Of a stretch of 64,000 bases of DNA, positions 35,331 to 43,531 are shown piece after piece. The DNA comes from an uncultured Acidobacteriaceae bacterium (GTDB lineage Bacteria; Acidobacteriota; Terriglobia; Terriglobales; Acidobacteriaceae): the NCBI GenBank assembly GCA_964563875.1, contig CAZLZA010000016.1:2518-66517 (forward strand), given 5' to 3'. Every line of letters begins with the position of its first letter. The first letter of the stretch is position 1. Made by a program: the position numbers and the translations under genes. The notes below the pieces were generated by a model. It did no database searches, was not told where the DNA came from, and worked only from the letters and a program-made list of their open reading frames with translations.

Positions 35331-36732
35331 AGTGCTTGCTTCGCAGCGTACGGAAAGCGTGTGCCCGGTATGCCTGCAGCGGATTCCGGCAGAGCGCATC
35401 GCGGATGGCGATGACGTGTATCTGGACAAAAACTGCCCGGAGCACGGCTCCTTCCGCACCATCATTTGGCGCGGTCCCCCGTCGTATGAATCGTGGACTG
35501 GTCCGGCGAAACTGCCATCTCCGCCGGAGCGGCCCTCCACATCCGTGAGCCAAGGGTGTCCATTCGATTGTGGCTTATGTCCGGAGCACCGTCAGCATAC
35601 CTGCTGCGTGGTGCTCGAAGTTACGAAGCGCTGCAATCTGAACTGCCCTGTCTGTTTTGCCGAGTCTCGCGCGCAAGCCGCGGATCCGGACATGGCCACG
35701 ATTGAGAGCTGGTTCAAACGACTGCTTTCGACCGGCGGACCATACAACATCCAGCTTTCTGGCGGCGAACCCACGCTGCGCGATGACCTGCCGGAAATCA
35801 TTACGCTCGGACGGTCGTTGGGTTTCAGCTTTTTTCAACTGAATACGAATGGCCTGCGGCTTGCCTCCGATATCGCCTATGTGCGGCGATTGAAAGCGGC
35901 TGGACTCGGCTGCGTGTTCCTGCAATTTGACGGCACCAACGACGCAATCTACCGCACGATTCGCGGGGCAGCCTTGCTTGCCGACAAGACGAAAGCCATC
36001 TCGAACTGCGCCGCCGAACGCCTTGGCGTGGTGCTGGTGCCGACCCTTGTGCCCGGGGTAAATACCGGAGATATCGGCGGAATCATCGACTACGCTCTGG
36101 CACGGAGGCCGGCGGTCCGCGGAGTGCATTTTCAGCCCATCAGCTATTTCGGCAGATACCCCAAACCGCCCTGCGATGGCGACCGCATCACCATCCCCGA
36201 AGTCATGCACCAGATCGAGCGGCAAACCGAAGGACGAATCAGAGCCGCGGAGTTTCGTCCCCCGGCCGCCGAGAATGCCCATTGCTCTTTTCATGGCAAT
36301 TTCGTCGTCACCTCCGATGGAACGCTCAAACCGGCGGCCAACCTGAGCGACTCCGGATGCTGTGGACCGGCCGCGCCGGAAACCAAGCCGCTGGTGCAAC
36401 TGGGCTGCTGCGAATCCGAAGCCGCCGGGGCAGCCTCCCGGAAGGCGCAACAGTATGTAGCTCTCCGTTGGACTCTCCCTGGAGCCGACGCCGCGGGCAG
36501 TGCGGCAGAGTGCCCGGAGACCATGCGGGTGGACAGTCTGGATGCGTTCCTTGCGCAGTCCCGGCAGCAATCATTCTGCGTCTCCGGCATGGCCTTTCAG
36601 GATGCCTGGAACATTGATTTGGAGCGCTTGCGGGACTGCTTTATTCACGTTGTCGGCGCAGATGAAAGAATCGTGCCTTTTTGCGCCTATAACCTGACTG
36701 ACGCGCTCGGCAATGCACTCTACCGGAAGTAA
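35314..36732 (+). CDS. Radical SAM enzyme with an N-terminal Zn-ribbon and a Cys-rich C-terminal region
   Basis: CPVCLQRI...NCPEHG (Zn-ribbon). CNLNCPVCF (CxxxCxxC). GGEPTLR. C-terminal DSGCCGPAAPETKPLVQLGCCESE and FCAYN. In-frame ATGs at 35290 and 35314; either overlaps the upstream stop (35330). Confidence 0.8.
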   Translation: MFPHPEVLASQRTESVCPVCLQRIPAERIADGDDVYLDKNCPEHGSFRTIIWRGPPSYESWTGPAKLPSPPERPSTSVSQGCPFDCGLCPEHRQHTCCVVLEVTKRCNLNCPVCFAESRAQAADPDMATIESWFKRLLSTGGPYNIQLSGGEPTLRDDLPEIITLGRSLGFSFFQLNTNGLRLASDIAYVRRLKAAGLGCVFLQFDGTNDAIYRTIRGAALLADKTKAISNCAAERLGVVLVPTLVPGVNTGDIGGIIDYALARRPAVRGVHFQPISYFGRYPKPPCDGDRITIPEVMHQIERQTEGRIRAAEFRPPAAENAHCSFHGNFVVTSDGTLKPAANLSDSGCCGPAAPETKPLVQLGCCESEAAGAASRKAQQYVALRWTLPGADAAGSAAECPETMRVDSLDAFLAQSRQQSFCVSGMAFQDAWNIDLERLRDCFIHVVGADERIVPFCAYNLTDALGNALYRK

Positions 36733-36734
36733 TC

Positions 36735-38129
36735 ATGGGCGAAAAGGCAATCAAGAGAACTCCGATGGAATCGGCAATCGCCAGCAAGATTGGCTCAGCC
36801 GTGGCGAATATCGGTCGCGAGCTCGCAGCATACCAGTTGCTAAAACTGCGTGAAACCATTGCTTACGCGTCTCTGCACAGCCCGTTTTATCGCCACAAGC
36901 TGAGCCCGCAAACTCACACCGAGCTGACATCTTTGTCCGATCTGGGGCGCTTTCCGTTGACTACTCCTGAGGAGTTGAGAGATGAGGGTCTGCGCTTTCT
37001 CTGCGTCTCCCAGGACGAAATCAGCCGGGTGGTTACCCTGAGCAGCTCTGGTACCACAGGCACTCCGAAGCGCGTCTTCTTCACCGCCGATGACCAGGAT
37101 CTGGCGGTCGATTTCTTTCAGTGCGGCACCGCGAATCTGGCGGAGAAAGGTGATCGCGTTCTGGTTCTGCTGCCGGGGGAAACACCGGGCAGTGTCGGCG
37201 ATCTGCTAGCCGCGGGGATCTGCCGTTTCGGAGCCGTGCCGGTCCGCCACGGAATGATTCGCAGCCTGGCCGAGACCCTCCGCCAAGTGACCGCCGAAGG
37301 CGTCAGCACGGTCATTGGCATTCCTGTGCAGGTTTTGGCGTTGGCCCGGTACGCGGAAACTAAAGGAATCGCTCTGCGCATCAAGAGCGTGGCGCTGGTC
37401 TCTGACCATGTGCCCTCCAGCATTGTTGCCGAACTCAAGCGGTTGTGGCAGTGTGCGGTCTTCGAGCACTACGGTGCCACCGAGATGGGCCTGGGCGGAG
37501 GCGTGGATTGCGAAGCTCATGCCGGCTACCATTTGCGTGAAGCGGACTTGTACTTTGAGATCGTCGATCCACGAAGCGGCGAAGTTGTCAGCGAAAACCA
37601 GCCCGGCGAAATTGTATTCACGACCCTGACCCGCCGCGGAATGCCGCTGATCCGTTATCGGACGGGCGACCTCTCCAGAATTTTTGCCGCGCGATGCGCG
37701 TGTGGTTCGGTGCTGCGCCGGTTGGATCGTATTAAATCGCGAGGAACCGCTATCGTTGTATCGCCTGGCCATCCGGATGGTCTTCTCAACATGGCCATGC
37801 TCGACGAAGCGTTGTTCAAGGTGCCGGGACTGATCGATTTCAAAGCCTCGATCCGTCGCCGTGGAGACCGCACCACGTTGACCATTGCAGCCCAGTCGGT
37901 CGATGACCCTGCCCACCCCGCGGAGCGAACGATTTCTGAGGCATTGGATAACGTTCCTGCGATATATTTGGCACAAAGCTCTGGGAATCTTCTCATCAAT
38001 ATCGATACTCGATACGGGGTTGACGTGTTAGAACCCCGGGCAGAAAAAAGAATAATCGAAGAACAGGACCGTAATGGAGAACAGGGTTGTCTATCTCATC
38101 CGGCACGGCAAAATTCAGCAAGAGGATGA
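36735..38129 (+). CDS. PaaK / coenzyme-F390-synthetase-like adenylate-forming ligase
   Basis: LSSSGTTGTPKRVFFT (AMP-binding P-loop), YGATEMG, and YRTGD followed by a LDRIKSRG-type hinge. Size and layout resemble phenylacetate-CoA ligase rather than long acyl-CoA synthetases. Confidence 0.8.
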   Translation: MGEKAIKRTPMESAIASKIGSAVANIGRELAAYQLLKLRETIAYASLHSPFYRHKLSPQTHTELTSLSDLGRFPLTTPEELRDEGLRFLCVSQDEISRVVTLSSSGTTGTPKRVFFTADDQDLAVDFFQCGTANLAEKGDRVLVLLPGETPGSVGDLLAAGICRFGAVPVRHGMIRSLAETLRQVTAEGVSTVIGIPVQVLALARYAETKGIALRIKSVALVSDHVPSSIVAELKRLWQCAVFEHYGATEMGLGGGVDCEAHAGYHLREADLYFEIVDPRSGEVVSENQPGEIVFTTLTRRGMPLIRYRTGDLSRIFAARCACGSVLRRLDRIKSRGTAIVVSPGHPDGLLNMAMLDEALFKVPGLIDFKASIRRRGDRTTLTIAAQSVDDPAHPAERTISEALDNVPAIYLAQSSGNLLINIDTRYGVDVLEPRAEKRIIEEQDRNGEQGCLSHPARQNSARG

Positions 38130-38691
38130 TCAGCGCCGCTACATCGGTCAAATCGACCTGCCGCTGGCCGAGGAAGGAATCAAACAGGCGCAGACTTTGC
38201 AAAAGAGATTTGAGCGCTCCGACATTGGCGCGATCTTTTGCAGCGACCTGTCGCGTTCCATTAAAACCGCAAGGATCATTGCCGGCTCACGAAGAGTACC
38301 GGTGGTGATTCGCCAGGATTTACGCGAAGTCAGCATGGGCGAATGGGAAGGCTGCGCGTTCGGCGATATCGCGCGGCGCTTTCCGGAGGAGTTCAAAGCC
38401 CGCGGCAGCGATATCGTTTCCTATCGCGTGCCTGGAGGAGAAAGTTTTGCCGATTGCCACCAGCGGATGGTTGCAGCCCTGGAGGACATCCTGGCATCTT
38501 CCTCCGGCAATCTCGTAATCGTCGGCCATGCCGGAGGGATTCGGTTGCTGTTGTGCCATATGCTCGGCATGCCGATCACGAACCTGTTCAGAATCGCGCA
38601 GGATTACGGATGCTTGAACGTGATTCAATGCGGCAGTACGGGCTACCAGGTCAAACTGATGAACGGTAGTGGCCGCAGCAATCGCCGTTAG
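38074..38691 (+). CDS. Histidine phosphatase (phosphoglycerate mutase/CobC-like) family protein
   Basis: VVYLIRHGK (RHG catalytic His), SDLSRS, GESF and VGHAGGIR (second His). Overlaps the ligase ORF by 56 nt. Confidence 0.8.
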   Translation: MENRVVYLIRHGKIQQEDDQRRYIGQIDLPLAEEGIKQAQTLQKRFERSDIGAIFCSDLSRSIKTARIIAGSRRVPVVIRQDLREVSMGEWEGCAFGDIARRFPEEFKARGSDIVSYRVPGGESFADCHQRMVAALEDILASSSGNLVIVGHAGGIRLLLCHMLGMPITNLFRIAQDYGCLNVIQCGSTGYQVKLMNGSGRSNRR

Positions 38692-38719
38692 AGAAAGCGA
38701 AGATTCATAAGGAAAACCA

Positions 38720-39772
38720 ATGGTTGAGGATAACGAAAGCATTTCGGCGATCCGCGAATATTATGGAATAGTTCTTCAGGGCAAGCGCGATCTGAAAACC
38801 AACGCGTGCTGCTGCGCCGAATCGATTCCAGAATTGCACCGCGAAATATTGGCGGAGATCGACGGCGAAGTGCTGGAGAAATTTTACGGCTGCGGTTCTC
38901 CCATTCCACCGGCGCTCGCCGGATGCACCGTGCTCGACCTGGGCTGCGGCGCTGGACGAGATGTCTACCTAGTCTCACGCCTGGTAGGGCCGGACGGCTT
39001 TGTGATCGGCGTGGATATGACCGACGAGCAACTTGCGGTAGGCCGGCGGCACCAGACTGCACAGGCCAAACGCTTCGGATTCCCGCGCTCCAACGTGGAT
39101 TTCCGCCAAGGCTATATCGAAGATCTGAGGACGGCGGGCATCGCCGATCATTCCATTGACGTTGTGATCTCCAACTGTGTCATCAACCTGTCGCCGCAAA
39201 AAGAGCGGGTGTTCGCCGAGATTTTCCGGGTGCTGAAACCTGGTGGCGAACTGTACTTCTCCGATGTCTTTGCCGGACGCCGCCTTCCAATTGAATTGCA
39301 GCACGATCCGCTCCTGCTCGGAGAGTGCATGGGCGGCGCAATGTACATCGAGGATTTCCGGCGGCTCCTGCGAGACATCGGATGCCCTGACTACCGAGTG
39401 GTTTCCACGACGCGGATCGCGATTGGGAACCCCGAGGTCGAGGCGCAAGTGGGCATGGTCGATTTCTATTCCATGACGATCCGCGCCTTCCAACTCGGCT
39501 CGCTCGAAGACATCTGCGAAGATTACGGTCAGGTTGCTTATTACCTCGGCACCATTCCCGATCATCCGTTCCGCTTTGCGCTCGATGACCATCACACGTT
39601 CATCACCGGCAAGCCGATGCTGGTTTGCGGCAATACTGCTGCCATGGTGAGTGACACACGGCTCTCCAGGCATTTCAAAGTAACGGGCGATAGGTCGGTG
39701 CACTACGGCCCGTTCGACTGCAAACCGGCAACCGGCACTCAGGCCGCCAGCGCCTGTGGCTCCTGCTGCTAA
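38720..39772 (+). CDS. ArsM-like (arsenite methyltransferase family) SAM-dependent methyltransferase
   Basis: Family-typical blocks: YYG...KTNACCC, FYGCGSP, VLDLGCGAGRD, ISNCVINLSP, LKPGGELYFSDV, LLLGECMGGAMY. The C-terminus ends ASACGSCC. Confidence 0.8.
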   Translation: MVEDNESISAIREYYGIVLQGKRDLKTNACCCAESIPELHREILAEIDGEVLEKFYGCGSPIPPALAGCTVLDLGCGAGRDVYLVSRLVGPDGFVIGVDMTDEQLAVGRRHQTAQAKRFGFPRSNVDFRQGYIEDLRTAGIADHSIDVVISNCVINLSPQKERVFAEIFRVLKPGGELYFSDVFAGRRLPIELQHDPLLLGECMGGAMYIEDFRRLLRDIGCPDYRVVSTTRIAIGNPEVEAQVGMVDFYSMTIRAFQLGSLEDICEDYGQVAYYLGTIPDHPFRFALDDHHTFITGKPMLVCGNTAAMVSDTRLSRHFKVTGDRSVHYGPFDCKPATGTQAASACGSCC

Positions 39773-39816
39773 ACCCAAATCGTGGAAGATTTCGCCTTTT
39801 ACCGGGAGAGAAAAAT

Positions 39817-40167
39817 ATGACAATCGCAAATGAAACACTGACCGTTGATTCCGCATTCACTGACGAATACGTCCACGATGCACGGGAAATCGTAGCCGAA
39901 TATAACTTTCGCGTTGGAGAACTCTCCACCCTCATCCGTATCCGGATCTCGCGGCGAATCGCGCAGCGTGACTTTGTTTTCGAGCAGAGCCATTTCATCA
40001 AGACGCCGGCGCAGTACACGGCATACGCTGCCAGCCAGCCCTTTGCCGGTGATCAAGCCAAGGCAACGTCTGACGCGGTTCGCTCGCTTACAAGCTTCTA
40101 CGAATCGGCGATGAAGCGCGGACACAAACCGTCAGAAAGCTGGTTCGTGGCGAACGAAAGTTTCTGA
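39817..40167 (+). CDS. Hypothetical protein (116 aa)
   Basis: ORF with an upstream GGGAGAG RBS-like sequence. No family recognised. Confidence 0.45.
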   Translation: MTIANETLTVDSAFTDEYVHDAREIVAEYNFRVGELSTLIRIRISRRIAQRDFVFEQSHFIKTPAQYTAYAASQPFAGDQAKATSDAVRSLTSFYESAMKRGHKPSESWFVANESF

Positions 40168-40216
40168 CGTCGATGTCGTTGAGCTGAAACTGGGCACCAA
40201 GCCCGGAAAGGTCATT

Positions 40217-40639
40217 ATGGATGAGAATGCACCAAGGGTGGCCGGACAATTACGCGCCCTCGCCCCGGAGATTCAGCGCGCCATCTTAGCCAAAGCGTTT
40301 GCCTTTACCGCCTCCCGTCTCGGCGGGGTGGCAGCGGAAGTTTCCGAACTCCTCAACGCGATCCAGACCCACGGAAAGCTGTCGCCGGAGCAAGCGGCTA
40401 AAGCGACCGCCTTCGCCGCCGAAGCCGATAAACGATCTTTCCAGCTGGAGGAAGCGGACGCGCCTCGGTCGGAATGGCTGAAGCCATTATCCGAGGCCCG
40501 TCTCGCCACGGCTATCGCGATGGCGTTTGGACCCCACCCGGAAACCGCTTCCGGCGCGTACTATGAATTGCTCAGATCGCTGGACCATGGAGCAGGAATC
40601 GAGCGGCTGATCGAAGCTGAAATCAGCGCCTTGAAATGA
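40217..40639 (+). CDS. Hypothetical Ala-rich protein (140 aa)
   Basis: ORF preceded by GGAAAGG. No family recognised. It ends 16 nt from the convergent modC stop. Confidence 0.45.
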   Translation: MDENAPRVAGQLRALAPEIQRAILAKAFAFTASRLGGVAAEVSELLNAIQTHGKLSPEQAAKATAFAAEADKRSFQLEEADAPRSEWLKPLSEARLATAIAMAFGPHPETASGAYYELLRSLDHGAGIERLIEAEISALK

Positions 40640-40655
40640 TGCTCCGCGGCTGGCC

Positions 40656-41801
40656 TTACCTGCTGCGAAGCAAAAGGCAGGAATGCGTCTTGATGATGAC
40701 CCAGACCTGGCGTTCGGCATGCAACTGTAAAGATGTTTCCGCCGCCGGTGTCAGATGAACTTCAAAGAGTACACCGCAATCAACTTGCGCGACGACCGTG
40801 ATATCGCGACGGGTCAGCGCGACCAGCCGTCCGCTCAGCACGTTCCGGGCACTGATATCCTTCGGGGCCGACGTCGCCAAAATGATATCGCCAGCCCGGA
40901 TGCCGATCCGCACCCGGGCTCCCGGCTTGACCGTCGCCAGCGGTACCTCCAGATGCAACTGACCTTCGCAGACCGCACCCGATAGCTCGCAGGTCATGGT
41001 TCCCTGGCTCTCGTGGAGTGCGAGCACGACTCCGTCAAACAGATTCTCAACCCCGGTAAGCTCTGCGATGGCCTCCTGCCGGGGCGCTTGCAGAACCTCG
41101 TAGGGTGAGCCCTGCGCCAGCAGTTTGCCGGCCTCGAAGACCATAACCCGTTCGCTGAGCGCAAAGACCTCCTCGCGCGCATGGGTAACGTACATCATAG
41201 GAATCCGGTGCTCGTCGTTCCAGGCGCGAAGATCGTCGATCAACCGCGAGCGCGTCGGCGCATCCAGCCCTGAGAGCGGCTCATCCAGCAGCAGGATAGA
41301 CGGATTCATTACCAACGAGCGAGCCAGCGCCACCCGCTGACGCTGCCCACCGGAAATCTCCCGTGGCTTGCGGTCGCGCAAATCCGCAATGCGAAAGCCT
41401 TCCAGTATCGCCTGAGAGCGCTCGCGCCGGGTGCGAACGGGTAAACGAAATAGTCCATATTCAACGTTGGCCCCGACGCTGAGGTGAGGAAACAAGGCCA
41501 GATCCTGAAACACGTACCCGGCGTTACGCTGCTCCGCGGGAATGTCGATCCGCCGTTCCGAGTCGAAGAGCACGCGATCGCCGATGGCGATGCGCCCGCT
41601 ATCCGGCCTAGATAATCCGGCAAGGCAATTGAGCAGCGTTGTCTTTCCCGAACCGGATGCACCAAACAGGATGGTGATCCCAGCGGGAGCGGTAAATTCA
41701 CTGTCGAGCGTGAACTCGCCTAACGATTTTCGAATGGCGACCGCGAGTGACGCACTGGGGCCTGCATCCTTTTCCATAAAGTTTGTCGTCACGATTGCCA
41801 T
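40656..41801 (-). CDS. modC: Molybdate ABC transporter ATP-binding protein with C-terminal TOBE/Mop domain
   Basis: Walker A GASGSGKTT, signature ISGGQRQRVALAR, Walker B ILLLDEP. A ~120-aa C-terminal TOBE-like domain (ARVRIGIRAGDIILA...NVLSGRLV). The start may be the internal Met at 41777. Confidence 0.88.
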   Translation of the reverse strand: MAIVTTNFMEKDAGPSASLAVAIRKSLGEFTLDSEFTAPAGITILFGASGSGKTTLLNCLAGLSRPDSGRIAIGDRVLFDSERRIDIPAEQRNAGYVFQDLALFPHLSVGANVEYGLFRLPVRTRRERSQAILEGFRIADLRDRKPREISGGQRQRVALARSLVMNPSILLLDEPLSGLDAPTRSRLIDDLRAWNDEHRIPMMYVTHAREEVFALSERVMVFEAGKLLAQGSPYEVLQAPRQEAIAELTGVENLFDGVVLALHESQGTMTCELSGAVCEGQLHLEVPLATVKPGARVRIGIRAGDIILATSAPKDISARNVLSGRLVALTRRDITVVAQVDCGVLFEVHLTPAAETSLQLHAERQVWVIIKTHSCLLLRSR

Positions 41802-41817
41802 GGATAATAACCGCTGC

Positions 41818-42492
41818 TCATTTGAACAGAGATACCAGCGAAGCTTTGCGATTCAATGCAAATACCGTCGACAGGGTCAGGAATGAGATCGCCATTAGCA
41901 GCAGCGCCGTCTGGTTCGCCGCAGCGTAGTCGCCGGACTGAGTGAAATCGTATATCTGGATGGAAACCGTTGTGGTCACGCCCGGAATGTTGCCGCCAAT
42001 CATCAGCACCACACCGAACTCGCCGAGGGTGTGAGCGAAGGTCAGAACCATACCAGTCACAATTCCCGGCAGCGAAAGCGGCAGCACAATGCGCAGGAAG
42101 GTTTTGAATCGGGAGACGCCAAGGATGACCGAAGCGGAGATTAATCTGGTATCCACTGCCGCAAAGGACGCCGCGAAGGGCTGTACGGCAAATGGCAAGC
42201 TGAAGAGGATGGAACCGATAACCAAACCCTCGAAGGTAAAGGCCAGAGTGTGTCCGGTAATCGACTGCCACCAGCGGCCAAGCGGACTGCGTGAACCCAG
42301 CGCAACCAGCAGGAAGTAGCCCAGCACGGTGGGCGGCAGCACCAGGGGCATTGCCACCAGCGCCTCCACCAGGAACTTCCAGCGCCAGCGCGAGTAGGTG
42401 ATCCAGTAGGCGATCGGCATCCCAATGATCAAAAGCACGCCGGCGACGATCATCGCCAGGCGCAATGTCAGGAGGAGCGGATTCCAGTCCAT
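41818..42492 (-). CDS. modB: Molybdate ABC transporter permease
   Basis: 224 aa, five or more TM segments, an EAA-like loop (AASFAAVDTRLISASVILGVSRFKTF). Position between modC and the divergent modA. Confidence 0.85.
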   Translation of the reverse strand: MDWNPLLLTLRLAMIVAGVLLIIGMPIAYWITYSRWRWKFLVEALVAMPLVLPPTVLGYFLLVALGSRSPLGRWWQSITGHTLAFTFEGLVIGSILFSLPFAVQPFAASFAAVDTRLISASVILGVSRFKTFLRIVLPLSLPGIVTGMVLTFAHTLGEFGVVLMIGGNIPGVTTTVSIQIYDFTQSGDYAAANQTALLLMAISFLTLSTVFALNRKASLVSLFK

Positions 42493-42512
42493 GGCCCAAT
42501 CTTTCTATAGAG

Positions 42513-42538
42513 AGTTCAGTATGAGATAGTTCAGTATG
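42513..42538. promoter_or_regulatory. Perfect 11-bp direct repeat AGTTCAGTATG-agat-AGTTCAGTATG (15-bp period) in the divergent modB/modA promoter region
   Basis: Read directly at 42513-42523 and 42528-42538, within a markedly AT-rich 182-bp intergenic region. Confidence 0.45.
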
Positions 42539-42674
42539 TCTTACACAATTCGCACTTGTATTGTATCAATGAACTAAGGTCCTGTATAAATGACAACCGG
42601 GACCAATTTCTTCGCATCGCACGTGTTCAGAGCCTGCGGAGCTGGACTGCACTTCTAATAATAAAGGAGCTCAT

Positions 42675-43442
42675 GTGAAATTCCGCCTAGCCGGACTATT
42701 CTTGCTGTTTGCTTCTATCGCCTGCACTGCCCAGGAGATCACGGTCGCCGCCGCCGCCGACCTCAACTACGCACTCAGGGAGATTGCTCAGAAGTTTGAG
42801 TCGCAAACCGGCAAGAAGGTGCAGATCACCTTCGGTTCCTCGGGCAACTTCTTCACCGGAATTCAGAATGGCGCACCCTATGATGTCTTTTTTTCCGCCG
42901 ACATCGCCTACCCGAGAAAGCTTGAGGCGGCGGGTCTAACCGTGCCCGGCACGCTCTACGAATACGCCGTCGGCAGGATTGTGCTGTGGGTGCCGAACGA
43001 GTCGAAATTGAACCTGACACGCGGACTCGCGATCCTGACCGATCCATCGGTCAGAAAGATTGCCATTGCGAATCCACAGCACGCGCCCTACGGACGGGCC
43101 GCGGTAGCAGCGTTGCAGTCCACCAAGCTTTATGACCGAGTGTCGCCCAAGTTTGTACTGGGAGAAAACATCTCCCAGACAGCTCAATTCGTCCAGTCGG
43201 GCAACGCCGACATCGGAATCATCGCGCTTTCGCTTGCCAAGGGACCGGCGATGAGTAGCGTCGGCCGGTACTACATAATCCCCGCTGACACCTATCCGCC
43301 CATCGAGCAGGCCGCCGTCGTTCTGAAGTCCGCCAAGGACCAAGCGGCATCTCGCCAGTTCCTCGACTTCGTCAAATCACGTACCGGGTCTGAAGTGCTA
43401 GCCCGCTATGGATTCGGCGACGAAGCGGTTGCAAAAAAGTAA
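42675..43442 (+). CDS. modA: Molybdate ABC transporter periplasmic substrate-binding protein
   Basis: GTG start 7 nt after AAAGGAG. Signal peptide. ITVAAAADL...ITFGSSGNFFTGIQNGAPYDVFFSAD, which is typical ModA. Confidence 0.88.
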   Translation: MKFRLAGLFLLFASIACTAQEITVAAAADLNYALREIAQKFESQTGKKVQITFGSSGNFFTGIQNGAPYDVFFSADIAYPRKLEAAGLTVPGTLYEYAVGRIVLWVPNESKLNLTRGLAILTDPSVRKIAIANPQHAPYGRAAVAALQSTKLYDRVSPKFVLGENISQTAQFVQSGNADIGIIALSLAKGPAMSSVGRYYIIPADTYPPIEQAAVVLKSAKDQAASRQFLDFVKSRTGSEVLARYGFGDEAVAKK

Positions 43443-43500
43443 GGCAATCGGTTCGCAGGCGTTACATCCTGAACCTGTCGGCGCGTTCGCTTCTTCTCGC

Positions 43501-43531
43501 CGGTGAGAGACAAGGCACAAGTCTCTCACCG
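43501..43531 (+). terminator. Perfect 11-bp hairpin (CGGTGAGAGAC-aaggcacaa-GTCTCTCACCG), 59 nt after the modA stop
   Basis: Read directly. There is no real T-run after it (ATTCTCGTCC), so it may be an attenuator, processing site or protein-binding site rather than a canonical terminator. Confidence 0.4.

Noticed and set aside
38074-38129. Programmed frameshift fusing the ligase and the phosphatase
   Set aside because: The phosphatase has its own ATG, placed the normal few residues before the RHG motif. The 56-nt overlap is more simply explained by the ligase ORF running on past its functional end. I saw no slippery heptamer.
41789-42499. 236-aa ORF overlapping modB in another frame
   Set aside because: The 41818-42492 frame gives a typical ABC permease with an EAA loop and TM helices. 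The alternative frame does not.
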